In this document: in pieces, positions 1 through 7,460 of the stretch
Layout of the letters: each line of letters begins with the position of its first letter
Position numbering within the stretch: position 1 is the stretch's first letter
IMG/VR virus record: IMGVR_UViG_3300033485_000006
Location: 1-25,401 of that record
DNA: 25,401 nucleotides
From: a virus
Taxonomy: Duplodnaviria > Heunggongvirae > Uroviricota > Caudoviricetes
Direction: 5' to 3' (one strand)
The notes under the pieces: generated by a model
The model's input: only the letters and a program-made list of their open reading frames with translations
Told to the model about the DNA's origin: nothing
Databases searched by the model: none
Position numbers and translations under genes: made by a program

Positions 1-1
1 T

Positions 2-214
2 CAAGGTTATAATAAGAAGCCTAAACTATACATTAATAAAAATCTTACGGAATTACGAAGACAAGTCCAATCTGTTACGTATAAAGAAAATAGTAATGGG
101 ACCGACCCATTCAATAAAGACCCAGAAGGAAGCCACTGGGACTTACTAGCTGCGTTACGATATGCTGTATACACACATTTTAGAAGAAACCTAGCTGGTA
201 TAACTATTATATAA
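2..214 (+). CDS. terL: Terminase large subunit, C-terminal end (partial, runs off the left edge)
   Basis: Frame from nt 2 reads QGYNKKPKLYINKNLTELRRQVQSVTYKENSNGTDPFNKDPEGSHWDLLAALRYAVYTHFRRNLAGITII* (TAA 212-214). It resembles the C-terminal nuclease end of TerL (...KD...H.D...ALRYA) and lies upstream of the portal. Not in the supplied ORF track. Confidence 0.75.
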   Translation, partial: QGYNKKPKLYINKNLTELRRQVQSVTYKENSNGTDPFNKDPEGSHWDLLAALRYAVYTHFRRNLAGITII

Positions 215-224
215 AGGAGACCTA

Positions 225-563
225 TTGTTAATTGATGAGTTTTTCAACAAGTCTAGATTTAGTGTCTCTAAATTATCCGACCAAGTTGAAGTAAAGCCTA
301 ATACATTATTTTCATTACCAGTGTACATTATTGATATGCTACAATTTACAGCCCCAACAACAGTATCAGCTAAACTTATTAAATCTACTGGTAGAGATGT
401 GATTGAACTAGCAACTGTAGTTACAACTACTGGTACTGGAAAAAGTTATACTATGAGTGCTACTCCAGCTACCCTGGATTGGGATGGTACAACGACTTTA
501 TCATTAAAGGTTTTAATTAATAGTGTAGAAATAGTAGTTGTACCATTAGTGGTTAAAGGATAA
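225..563 (+). CDS. Hypothetical 112-aa beta-strand-rich protein (possible Ig-like virion protein)
   Basis: AAGGAG at 214-219 precedes the TTG start. Thr/Val-rich alternating pattern suggests a beta-sandwich. No family recognised. Confidence 0.6.
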   Translation: MLIDEFFNKSRFSVSKLSDQVEVKPNTLFSLPVYIIDMLQFTAPTTVSAKLIKSTGRDVIELATVVTTTGTGKSYTMSATPATLDWDGTTTLSLKVLINSVEIVVVPLVVKG

Positions 564-565
564 TT

Positions 566-1915
566 ATGAGCATACTTAATTTATTTAAAAAAGCCCCAGA
601 AGTATATACTAAAGTACCAACAGTAAAACAAGATGCTATAGCCTATGCTAATGGTGGTAAGAAAACATACACGTCTACGTATAATACTTATGTTGAATCT
701 GTAGAGGCTTTAGATAAAGCTATTAGGATCATTGCTAATATTGCTGCTACTGCAAAACTTGAAATTTTTAAAGATAGTAATGGTGTATTAAAACCACTCA
801 AAGTAAAGAATGTAGATTTTCTATATAATACTAATGACCAAGACTCAAGTAGTGACTTATTCTCTATGATATTTGGTAGTATATTTACACAGGGTGCTGC
901 TATAATCCTTACTGAGGATAATAAAAAGACTAAATTTAAGAATTTCTTTTCCTATGATGTGAGTAAATTTAGGGTAGAAACTACTGAACAACGATTAGTT
1001 GATAAGTTTGTGTATGTTGCTGAAGGTGGTTCAGAGGTTATTTATAAACCAGAGGACTTGATTTATATCGCACCAAGGGTTTTATCAAGTAATTTAATAT
1101 ATGCTACTAGTAGACTTAAAGCACTAAATGATATGTTAACATTGCAGTCAAACTTAATGTTACAAACAAATGCTTATTACTCATCTGGTGGTAAGAATTC
1201 AGCTATTATCTCACCTAAAGAACCTATGGGTTCAGATAAGGCTTCACAACTTAAAGCTGCATTTGACCAATTCTTACAAACTCCAGCTACTAAGACACTC
1301 TTCATTAATACTGAAGTAGACGTGGCTACTGTAACAAATGCACAGAGTCCTTCACAGATTATGGATGCATTAGTAACTATTAATAATCTAGTAATCGAAC
1401 AGTTTGGTATTCCAGCTTACCTGTATGGTAATTATAAGGGGTACGTATCAGATGCTGCAGTTGTTACAGCATCTCGTTTATTTTTTCAAATACAACTAAA
1501 ACCAGTATTTCAGTCTATCGAATACCAATTTACTCGGTACTTTAGAAATACTTTAGGCATTAAAGATTGTGTATTAAAATTTAACTTTAATGATATTGAG
1601 ATACTTGAGGATAGCTTACAAGTTAAAGTAGAAGATGCATCTAAGATGTGGAAGTTAGGGTTAATAAGCCTAAACGAGGCTAGAGAGATGTGCGAACTAC
1701 CAATACTACCAGATGACGCAGCAGATTATAGGTTTCTACCAGCATATCTACTTGGGCAACGACCAGTTACTATTGAGAACTACGAAGAAGATATGACTAA
1801 CCTATTTATAAATGGTATAATACCTAATACTACGACTAGTGGTGCTACTGGTGGTGGGGATAACGCGAATCTAATAACTGGTTCTACTGGTGGGCCTGGT
1901 AATGTGGGAGAGTAA
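566..1915 (+). CDS. Portal protein, HK97 family
   Basis: 449 aa between terminase and protease. Portal-like segments: EALDKAIRIIANIAA, NAYYSSGGKNSAII, FGIPAYLYG, LKPVFQSIEYQF, KLGLISLNEAREMCELP. Confidence 0.92.
   Translation: MSILNLFKKAPEVYTKVPTVKQDAIAYANGGKKTYTSTYNTYVESVEALDKAIRIIANIAATAKLEIFKDSNGVLKPLKVKNVDFLYNTNDQDSSSDLFSMIFGSIFTQGAAIILTEDNKKTKFKNFFSYDVSKFRVETTEQRLVDKFVYVAEGGSEVIYKPEDLIYIAPRVLSSNLIYATSRLKALNDMLTLQSNLMLQTNAYYSSGGKNSAIISPKEPMGSDKASQLKAAFDQFLQTPATKTLFINTEVDVATVTNAQSPSQIMDALVTINNLVIEQFGIPAYLYGNYKGYVSDAAVVTASRLFFQIQLKPVFQSIEYQFTRYFRNTLGIKDCVLKFNFNDIEILEDSLQVKVEDASKMWKLGLISLNEAREMCELPILPDDAADYRFLPAYLLGQRPVTIENYEEDMTNLFINGIIPNTTTSGATGGGDNANLITGSTGGPGNVGE
1793..1821 (+). promoter_or_regulatory. 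Candidate sigma70-type promoter inside the portal 3' end, upstream of the HNH gene
   Basis: ATGACT (1793-1798), 17-nt spacer, TATAAT (1816-1821), with extended -10 TGn at 1813-1815. Confidence 0.4.
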
Positions 1916-2429
1916 AAAATGCTCACATTGTGTAATTATTAAATATAGTGATGGATTTCATAAAGATAATCGTAGTAAAAGTGGTTTACAGGCTAAGTGT
2001 AAAATATGTCGGAGTATTTTAGAGACTGGTACTAGGACTGAGTACCTAAGAGAATACCATGAAAATACAAAACATCTACAAAAAGTAAGTAGAAAAGCTT
2101 ACCAACAATCTCTATCTGGTAAAGCATGTACTAAAAATACAAAATATAGAAGAAAACTTAAACTATCTGAGGGTGGTGCTAGCACAGAAGAGATTAAGAA
2201 TTTATTAATAAAAGAGTCTATCTGCTATTGGTGTAACCTGCCTTTAGATGGTAAAGTAGTTCATCTAGATCACTTCTACCCATTATCGACTGGTGGGATG
2301 CACGAAATATATAATCTTGTAGTCTCATGTGCATCATGTAATATGCGCAAGTCTAATAAGGACCCATTCGTATTTGCTGATGAGATTAGTAAGATTATTA
2401 TACTACCAGAAGAAATTGATGAATGGTAA
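1902..2429 (+). CDS. Free-standing HNH endonuclease
   Basis: N-terminal CxxC...CxxC (CSHC, CKIC). C-terminal CYWC...HLDHFYPLSTGG.HEIYNLVVSCASCNMRK is a canonical HNH with Zn ligands. ATG 1902 overlaps the portal end and is preferred over the GTG at 1890. Confidence 0.9.
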   Translation: MWESKKCSHCVIIKYSDGFHKDNRSKSGLQAKCKICRSILETGTRTEYLREYHENTKHLQKVSRKAYQQSLSGKACTKNTKYRRKLKLSEGGASTEEIKNLLIKESICYWCNLPLDGKVVHLDHFYPLSTGGMHEIYNLVVSCASCNMRKSNKDPFVFADEISKIIILPEEIDEW

Positions 2430-2436
2430 CTTAAGG

Positions 2437-2463
2437 TTGCTTTAAAGAAGTTTATGGTATAAT
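2437..2463 (+). promoter_or_regulatory. Candidate promoter for the protease-capsid operon
   Basis: Perfect extended -10 TGGTATAAT (2455-2463) in an intergenic gap. TTGCTT at 2437-2442 gives a short 15-nt spacer. Confidence 0.65.
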
Positions 2464-2473
2464 ACGGCCAATA

Positions 2474-2488
2474 AGAGGCGGAGCCTCT
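2474..2488 (+). promoter_or_regulatory. GC-rich mini-hairpin at the predicted 5' end of the protease/capsid transcript
   Basis: AGAGGC-GGA-GCCTCT: 6-bp perfect stem with a 3-nt loop, about 10 nt after the -10 box. Confidence 0.55.
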
Positions 2489-2515
2489 ATAGTATTAATT
2501 TAATAAAGGAGTACA

Positions 2516-3625
2516 ATGTATTCATTAGATAAACCTACTAGAATAGATAAATCATTTAATATAACTAGTGTAGTAGAAAAAGGATTAATACAGAATGATA
2601 TGGCTCAGGGTGATGAGAGGTATATCGAGGTATCTGGTTATGCATCTAGAGCATACAGTGCTGATGGTAAACTAGTAATTGATGCTGACCAAGAACATGT
2701 AGATACCTTTGGATTTGACCTTAAGCGTCTAAAGAATGGTACACTACCAATTCTGTTTAATCATGACCAAAAGAAAGCTGTTGGTAAAGTCTTAGAAGCC
2801 ACATATGATAAAGATGGGCTATTAATTACAGCTAAGATTTATAAGTTGCCTGGTGATGCTTTAACTAACTATGTGTACGAAGCAGTTAAAGCTGGAATTA
2901 TCTCAGCGTTTTCTGTTGGTATGTTAGTCAAAGCATTTGATGTTGTCTCTCAGGATGGTGAAGATTACCTTCAGTTATCAGAGAGTGAACTTATTGAAGT
3001 ATCATTAGTAGCTGTTCCATCTAATCCAGAAGCACTCTTTAGAGTTACAAATCTAAAGTCTATTACTGGAGAAGATAAAACAGTTACTCTATTAGCTAAA
3101 TCAGCAATCAAGCCAGAGAATGCAGACGCATGTAATGGTTTCGAGTGTGCGATTAAAAGTTTACAAAATGTAGAACCTGTGGTTCAAAAGGAAATTGAAG
3201 TGGAAATTAAGAATACTGACGAGGTTATTGTGGTTGATGAGAAGGAAACAGTACTAGGGGTAACACCTGAAGCACTAGACCAACTTGAAGTAATACAAAC
3301 CCCACCTGAACCTACGCCCGAAGCTGAAGATGCAAAACCAGTAGAGGGCGAGAAGGTTGTAGTTGATACATTGGAAAATGTGGATACAACTAATGATAAA
3401 CCACAGGATGCTCCTAAGGATGAACTAACTCAAACTCCTGAGGAAGCCCTACATAGTAATTTAGTATCTCTTGGAGAAATTGATATTTCCAAGCTTTCTG
3501 AAAGTGAATTGGAGCAGGTTTATGAAACTCTCGCCCCCATTATTGAGCAGATTGAATCTCGTGTTGTTTCACAAGTTGTTGAAGCTATGCAAGAATCTTT
3601 AGTCGTTACAGCACCTACTGCGTAA
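2516..3625 (+). CDS. Prohead (maturation) protease, HK97/T5 family, with acidic C-terminal extension
   Basis: Motifs VSGYAS, PILFNHD (His), SAFSVG (Ser) and EVSLVAVPSNP in the first ~180 aa. The rest is E/D/P/T-rich low complexity ending in an amphipathic helix. SD AAGGAG. Confidence 0.93.
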   Translation: MYSLDKPTRIDKSFNITSVVEKGLIQNDMAQGDERYIEVSGYASRAYSADGKLVIDADQEHVDTFGFDLKRLKNGTLPILFNHDQKKAVGKVLEATYDKDGLLITAKIYKLPGDALTNYVYEAVKAGIISAFSVGMLVKAFDVVSQDGEDYLQLSESELIEVSLVAVPSNPEALFRVTNLKSITGEDKTVTLLAKSAIKPENADACNGFECAIKSLQNVEPVVQKEIEVEIKNTDEVIVVDEKETVLGVTPEALDQLEVIQTPPEPTPEAEDAKPVEGEKVVVDTLENVDTTNDKPQDAPKDELTQTPEEALHSNLVSLGEIDISKLSESELEQVYETLAPIIEQIESRVVSQVVEAMQESLVVTAPTA

Positions 3626-3632
3626 CTAGTTC

Positions 3633-3663
3633 CTGGGTAAAGGTCCCAGACAAAACCTAACCT
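3633..3663 (+). promoter_or_regulatory. Candidate small H-type pseudoknot in the capsid gene leader
   Basis: Stem CTGGG (3633-37)/CCCAG (3645-49). Loop AGGT (3641-44) can pair with ACCT at 3655-58 or 3660-63, with an A-rich linker. Confidence 0.3.
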
Positions 3664-3690
3664 ATTTTAATCTAAAACTTAAGGATCTAT

Positions 3691-4962
3691 ATGTCTAAAT
3701 TAAAAGCTCTAATTGCTGAAGCCGTAAAAGGAATGCAATCTGAAATTGATGCTGTTGCTTCTAAAGCTATTGAAGTAAGTGCTAAAGCAACTTCTGTTGA
3801 AGTACCTAAGGCTGTCGTAGCTAATACTGTTACTGCACTAAAAGCTGCTGGTCATAATGCTGAAACTCTTGGTGAACTTGGCTTTATTGCTAAAGCTGTT
3901 CGTGGTGGTGCTCTTGCTGATGCTGATATGGTTGACCTTGATGGTCGTTTTAAAGCTATTGGTGTAACTACTGATATTGCTTCTTTGTTGCCTACTGGCT
4001 TTACTGGTGCGTTGCTTCGTGATATCCAAGCTCGTCTTGTTGTTACTGCTTTGTTCCCATATAAAGAGACTACTCCTGGTCAATATGATTCAATTGCATT
4101 AAATGGTATCGCTGGTTACATGGTTTCTGAGGCAGTTGCTGGAACAGAAAGTGCTGAAGCGTATACAACTATGATTTATCTTGTTAAGAAATGTATGGCT
4201 ACTGTTAAGAAGTCTTATGAAGCTCTTGATGATTCTTTGATTCCATTGGCTGAAGAAGTGCGTATGGGAATTATTGATGCACTTGCTCGTTCTATCGAGA
4301 CTGCTGTTGTTAATGGTGATGATACTGCAACTCACATGGATGATGCTACTATCGCTGCTATTGGTGCTAATGACTATCGACGTGCATTTAAAGGTATTCG
4401 TAAACTAGCTCTTGCTAAGCAAACTGTTGATGCAGGTGGTGCAGCTATGACTGAAGCTACATGGTTGACTAAAATCTCTGCTGCTCAAGAAGTTGGTGGT
4501 TTATATCTTGATGATATGCAAGCATCTCAAGGTAAAGTTGTACTTTTGGTCTCTCAGAATGTTTATAACCAACTTCGTATGCTTCCATCTTTCTTGACTA
4601 AAGATAAGGCTGCTGGTAATGCGACATTGTTTGGTGCTGCTGTTGATTCTATCTTCGGTATCCCTGTTGTTATGACCCCTTACATCCCTGTAAGTGTTAA
4701 TGCTACTGGTGTTGTTGATGCAATTGCTGGTAATAACACTAAAGCAATGTGTGTATTGGTTAACCGTGATACATTCAAATTCTATACTACTGGTGCTCCA
4801 ATGATGGAATCTTTCAAAGATATCTTCACTCAGTACGTAGGATTCACTGGTTCAGTTCGTGCTGGATTCAACTCAATCTTCGACCGTACTTCTGCAAACC
4901 CTGCAGCTGTTGACGCAACTCGTAAGAATGCTGTTGCAATTATCAATATCGCAAAAATCTAA
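3691..4962 (+). CDS. Major capsid protein, HK97 fold (T5 pb8-like), with N-terminal delta domain
   Basis: 423 aa after the protease with strongly biased codons (GCT/GGT/ACT). FTGALLRDIQARLVVTALF and ARSIETAVVNGD match HK97-fold patterns and, from memory, T5 pb8. Putative cleavage GRFK88/A89. Confidence 0.93.
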   Translation: MSKLKALIAEAVKGMQSEIDAVASKAIEVSAKATSVEVPKAVVANTVTALKAAGHNAETLGELGFIAKAVRGGALADADMVDLDGRFKAIGVTTDIASLLPTGFTGALLRDIQARLVVTALFPYKETTPGQYDSIALNGIAGYMVSEAVAGTESAEAYTTMIYLVKKCMATVKKSYEALDDSLIPLAEEVRMGIIDALARSIETAVVNGDDTATHMDDATIAAIGANDYRRAFKGIRKLALAKQTVDAGGAAMTEATWLTKISAAQEVGGLYLDDMQASQGKVVLLVSQNVYNQLRMLPSFLTKDKAAGNATLFGAAVDSIFGIPVVMTPYIPVSVNATGVVDAIAGNNTKAMCVLVNRDTFKFYTTGAPMMESFKDIFTQYVGFTGSVRAGFNSIFDRTSANPAAVDATRKNAVAIINIAKI

Positions 4963-4994
4963 CTAACTGAGTAGGCTTCGGCTTACTCTTAGTT
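4961..4994 (+). terminator. UUCG stem-loop after the capsid gene (terminator or mRNA 3' stabiliser)
   Basis: AACTAA-CT-GAGTAGGC-TTCG-GCTTACTC-TTAGTT: C(UUCG)G tetraloop directly after the stop codon. The U-tract is weak, so termination is probably partial. Confidence 0.75.
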
Positions 4995-4999
4995 AAATA

Positions 5000-5059
5000 T
5001 GTAGGCACCCTATAGTACTCTAAGAGTCTTCTACGGTGCCTACAATATACTATAGGAAG
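5000..5059 (+). promoter_or_regulatory. Structured leader (pseudoknot) overlapping the RBS of the 5064 gene
   Basis: TGTAGGCACC (5000-09)/GGTGCCTACA (5035-44) is a perfect 10-bp stem. CCTATAGTA (5009-17)/TACTATAGG (5048-56) is a perfect 9-bp crossing stem that includes the start of the SD AGGAAG (5054-59). Confidence 0.55.
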
Positions 5060-5063
5060 TGTT

Positions 5064-5468
5064 ATGATTTCTACACAAGAGAATATTGATAATAGAGAAC
5101 AAGTAGTTCAGAATTGGAGATTAGGCCCTCAGAAAGCTTCTGTTATCCCAACAGATAATCAAGAATACTGGGATACGATGGCTAAGGTATGGAGTGTACC
5201 TAGTATTACTGCTAGAGGTATGCTATGTGCTAACTGTGAATACTTTGATAATACACTGGCTATGCAATTAGAAATGAATAGTATACCACTAGACTCATTT
5301 GACCTAGATGGTGGTGGCAGAGGTTTTTGTGAGAGATTTGATTTTATATGTCATAATCTTAGAACATGCCAAGCTTGGGAAGATAAAAGTGTTATGGATG
5401 AATTGGGTGATGAAGCATTCAAGAGTATTCTACCAACACTCATAAAAAATTTAGATACTAAGGAATAA
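5064..5468 (+). CDS. Cys-rich protein with HiPIP-like (putative 4Fe-4S or Zn) motif
   Basis: C55ANC58EYF ... GFC89ERFDFICHNLRTC102QAW follows the HiPIP pattern CxxCxxF...C-x12-C-x2-W. No signal peptide. Confidence 0.55.
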   Translation: MISTQENIDNREQVVQNWRLGPQKASVIPTDNQEYWDTMAKVWSVPSITARGMLCANCEYFDNTLAMQLEMNSIPLDSFDLDGGGRGFCERFDFICHNLRTCQAWEDKSVMDELGDEAFKSILPTLIKNLDTKE

Positions 5469-5470
5469 TA

Positions 5471-5779
5471 ATGGCATTTACTAGAATGGCAAAAGCAATT
5501 GCAACAGCTAATACTCTAACTACACTATATACAGTACCAACGGCTAACTCAGCTTCCACAACTCTTACTATTTGTAATGGTAGTGATGTAGCTGTAGAAG
5601 TAGATGTTGCTGTATCAGCATTAGCTACTCCAACAGCTGCTGAATATACACATAAAGGTCTCCCACTAGCTGCTGGAGAAACTAAAGATGTAACTCTTAT
5701 AGTTGTGGGCGATGAATTAGTAGTAGTTAAAACTACTGCATCTGGGGTGTCTTTCCGTTTAGCTGGAACATTAATCTAA
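5471..5779 (+). CDS. Small beta-rich virion protein (probable head decoration/cement or head fibre)
   Basis: 102 aa, Ala/Thr/Val-rich, TTLYTVP...TLTICN...V.V pattern typical of small all-beta phage structural proteins. Located just after the capsid gene. Confidence 0.55.
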   Translation: MAFTRMAKAIATANTLTTLYTVPTANSASTTLTICNGSDVAVEVDVAVSALATPTAAEYTHKGLPLAAGETKDVTLIVVGDELVVVKTTASGVSFRLAGTLI

Positions 5780-5826
5780 TGGCTTGCGGTGAAAAACCAA
5801 AGAAAAAACCAAAACCTAGAAAATAA
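5779..5826 (+). CDS. 15-aa Lys/Pro-rich micropeptide MACGEKPKKKPKPRK
   Basis: ATG overlaps the upstream stop (TAATG 5777-81). Its own stop overlaps the next SD (TAAGGA). It fills the gap exactly. Not in the ORF track. Confidence 0.55.
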   Translation: MACGEKPKKKPKPRK

Positions 5827-5834
5827 GGATTAAA

Positions 5835-6044
5835 ATGAAAGTTAAATTTATTGGTTCAGCAGATATGTTATCGAATGGTGTAACATTTACTAATGGTGGT
5901 ATTTATGATGTCACTGATGAAGTAGCAAAATATCTACAAGATAATTTCAAGAATATCGAAGTACTAGAAGAGACTAAAGTTATTAAAACAGAAGTTAAAG
6001 CTAAGCCTGCGGTTGATACTAAAGTAGCCCCAGAGCAAAAATAA
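5835..6044 (+). CDS. Small head-associated protein (possibly lambda gpFI-like/packaging accessory)
   Basis: 69 aa with SD AAGGA. MKVKF...F..G..YDV.DE.A.YL compact domain plus a charged tail, as often found between capsid and connector genes. Confidence 0.5.
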   Translation: MKVKFIGSADMLSNGVTFTNGGIYDVTDEVAKYLQDNFKNIEVLEETKVIKTEVKAKPAVDTKVAPEQK

Positions 6045-6053
6045 AGGTAGACT

Positions 6054-6608
6054 ATGACCGTCGGTACAAAGCAGTTTAATTTTACAACTTTTAAGGCGGT
6101 TATGGATATCCCAGAGATTGAAGAGGCCGCATATGGTTTTATCCTTAGGTCAATATTTAGTTACTTAAAGAAAGTATTTAGTATTGATATTGATAATTCT
6201 AAGGTTATTAAAGCTCTAAGTGGTTGTACTACTACATCACTTATTACATTACTTGATACTGAACTTCTTGTTAATCAGATAGTTCGGGTCGGTCTTGATG
6301 AGGCAGTTATTACAGCTGTTACTTCTGATGTTACATTGAATACAACTACTATTACAATTAGCCCAGCTTTAAGTGTAGCTCCTGTATTAAATACTGATAT
6401 TACAGTTTTACTCACAGTTGTAGACTATGATTTACAATATGCAATCTTCCAGCATGCTAAATTCATCTATGAGGGTCAGAAAAAACAGACTAGTATTATT
6501 GATAGTGTTACTGATGCCAATGGTAATAAAGCGTCATATAAAGTAGTACCACCTGTAAGTGTAATATCAGCTTATAGAGAATACTCAGATAACCCACCTG
6601 CGTTCTAA
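6054..6608 (+). CDS. Head-tail connector/adaptor (HK97 gp6, SPP1 gp15 or T5 p144-like) with inserted beta domain
   Basis: Position, N-terminal helices (FKAVMDI...ILRSIFSYLKK) and C-terminal DLQYAIFQHAKFIYE...SYK...P pattern. Confidence 0.7.
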   Translation: MTVGTKQFNFTTFKAVMDIPEIEEAAYGFILRSIFSYLKKVFSIDIDNSKVIKALSGCTTTSLITLLDTELLVNQIVRVGLDEAVITAVTSDVTLNTTTITISPALSVAPVLNTDITVLLTVVDYDLQYAIFQHAKFIYEGQKKQTSIIDSVTDANGNKASYKVVPPVSVISAYREYSDNPPAF

Positions 6609-7030
6609 TGAAGTTAAATATAAATACTCTTAGTCAACGGCTATCTATTCAATTGGATAAAATTAGTGAAAACTATTTGACTAAGAAAATTAATTTATTA
6701 AAAACTAGATTTTCGCAAGTTAGTGAGCAGTGGTTAAATGAAGTTAGAGCAGACTTAAGTGGTAAACGTAGCGGAAAGCCTAATTATACTTTAAATCCAT
6801 ATGAGCGTACAGGTAATTTACTTAGAAGTCTTTACTATCGTATTACAGTTACTCGTAAAACACGTACTGCTACTATTAGTATAACTCGTAGTTTCGATAG
6901 GCGTAAGACTAGAGGAAGAGGATTACGTGTAAGTTATGGTGACATTTTGAATGAATCAGATTTATCTATAGCTGGATTTAAAGAAAGAGCCTATGCTAAA
7001 TTAGATAAACGAATTAAGGAACTTCTATGA
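6608..7030 (+). CDS. Neck/tail-completion protein (HK97 gp10 or T5 p143-like)
   Basis: Very basic 140 aa with the RTGNLLRSL motif. Coupled to the upstream gene (TAATG). Confidence 0.6.
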   Translation: MKLNINTLSQRLSIQLDKISENYLTKKINLLKTRFSQVSEQWLNEVRADLSGKRSGKPNYTLNPYERTGNLLRSLYYRITVTRKTRTATISITRSFDRRKTRGRGLRVSYGDILNESDLSIAGFKERAYAKLDKRIKELL

Positions 7031-7446
7031 TTACACGCTCTGCTGAGATTTTAATAGAACTTGAGGCTATATTAAAAGCAAACCCAATACTCTCATTTGT
7101 AGGAGTTGGTAAAGTAATACCAATAGCCCAAGAGACTAATAACTCAGCAGCTTATATATTGCTTAATAATAGTATCCCTAGGTCAAAAGGTACATCACCA
7201 GAAATAGATAACTATGATTTTAGCGGTTTTATTTTAATTTCTGTAAATGTAGACTGTACGAATAATAAATATTTAATACATGATGTAGTTGATAGTATTC
7301 AAAGAAGTATTCTAAATGACCAAACTGTATGGTTAAAAATAGTGGACCGCGATATTCTTTCGGTAGAATATGATAACGCTGAGTTCTCCCCAAAGCGTTC
7401 AGCTATAGTTGCCCTAGAGGTTACCTATAGATTGAATTGTAATTAA
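7027..7446 (+). CDS. Tail terminator protein
   Basis: 139 aa, acidic, alpha/beta pattern, immediately before the tube gene. ATGA overlap with the previous gene. Confidence 0.65.
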   Translation: MITRSAEILIELEAILKANPILSFVGVGKVIPIAQETNNSAAYILLNNSIPRSKGTSPEIDNYDFSGFILISVNVDCTNNKYLIHDVVDSIQRSILNDQTVWLKIVDRDILSVEYDNAEFSPKRSAIVALEVTYRLNCN

Positions 7447-7460
7447 AATAAAGGATTTAT

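Noticed and set aside
137-169. Inactive terminase nuclease (HWDLLAALRY lacks the Asp of the common DALRY motif)
   Set aside because: The position of this Asp varies among TerL families, an Asp is present three residues earlier and the rest of the domain is outside the window.
1845-1893. CTACTGGTGG direct repeat (1845, 1884) as a target-site duplication
   Set aside because: Both copies simply encode Thr-Gly-Gly in a low-complexity tail and do not flank the HNH gene.
3623-3693. Stop-codon readthrough or frameshift fusing protease to capsid (TAA-CTAG context followed by a pseudoknot)
   Set aside because: All three frames hit stops before the capsid ATG (TAA 3638-40 in frame, TAA 3658-60 in the capsid frame, TAG 3627-29 in the third), so no fusion is possible.
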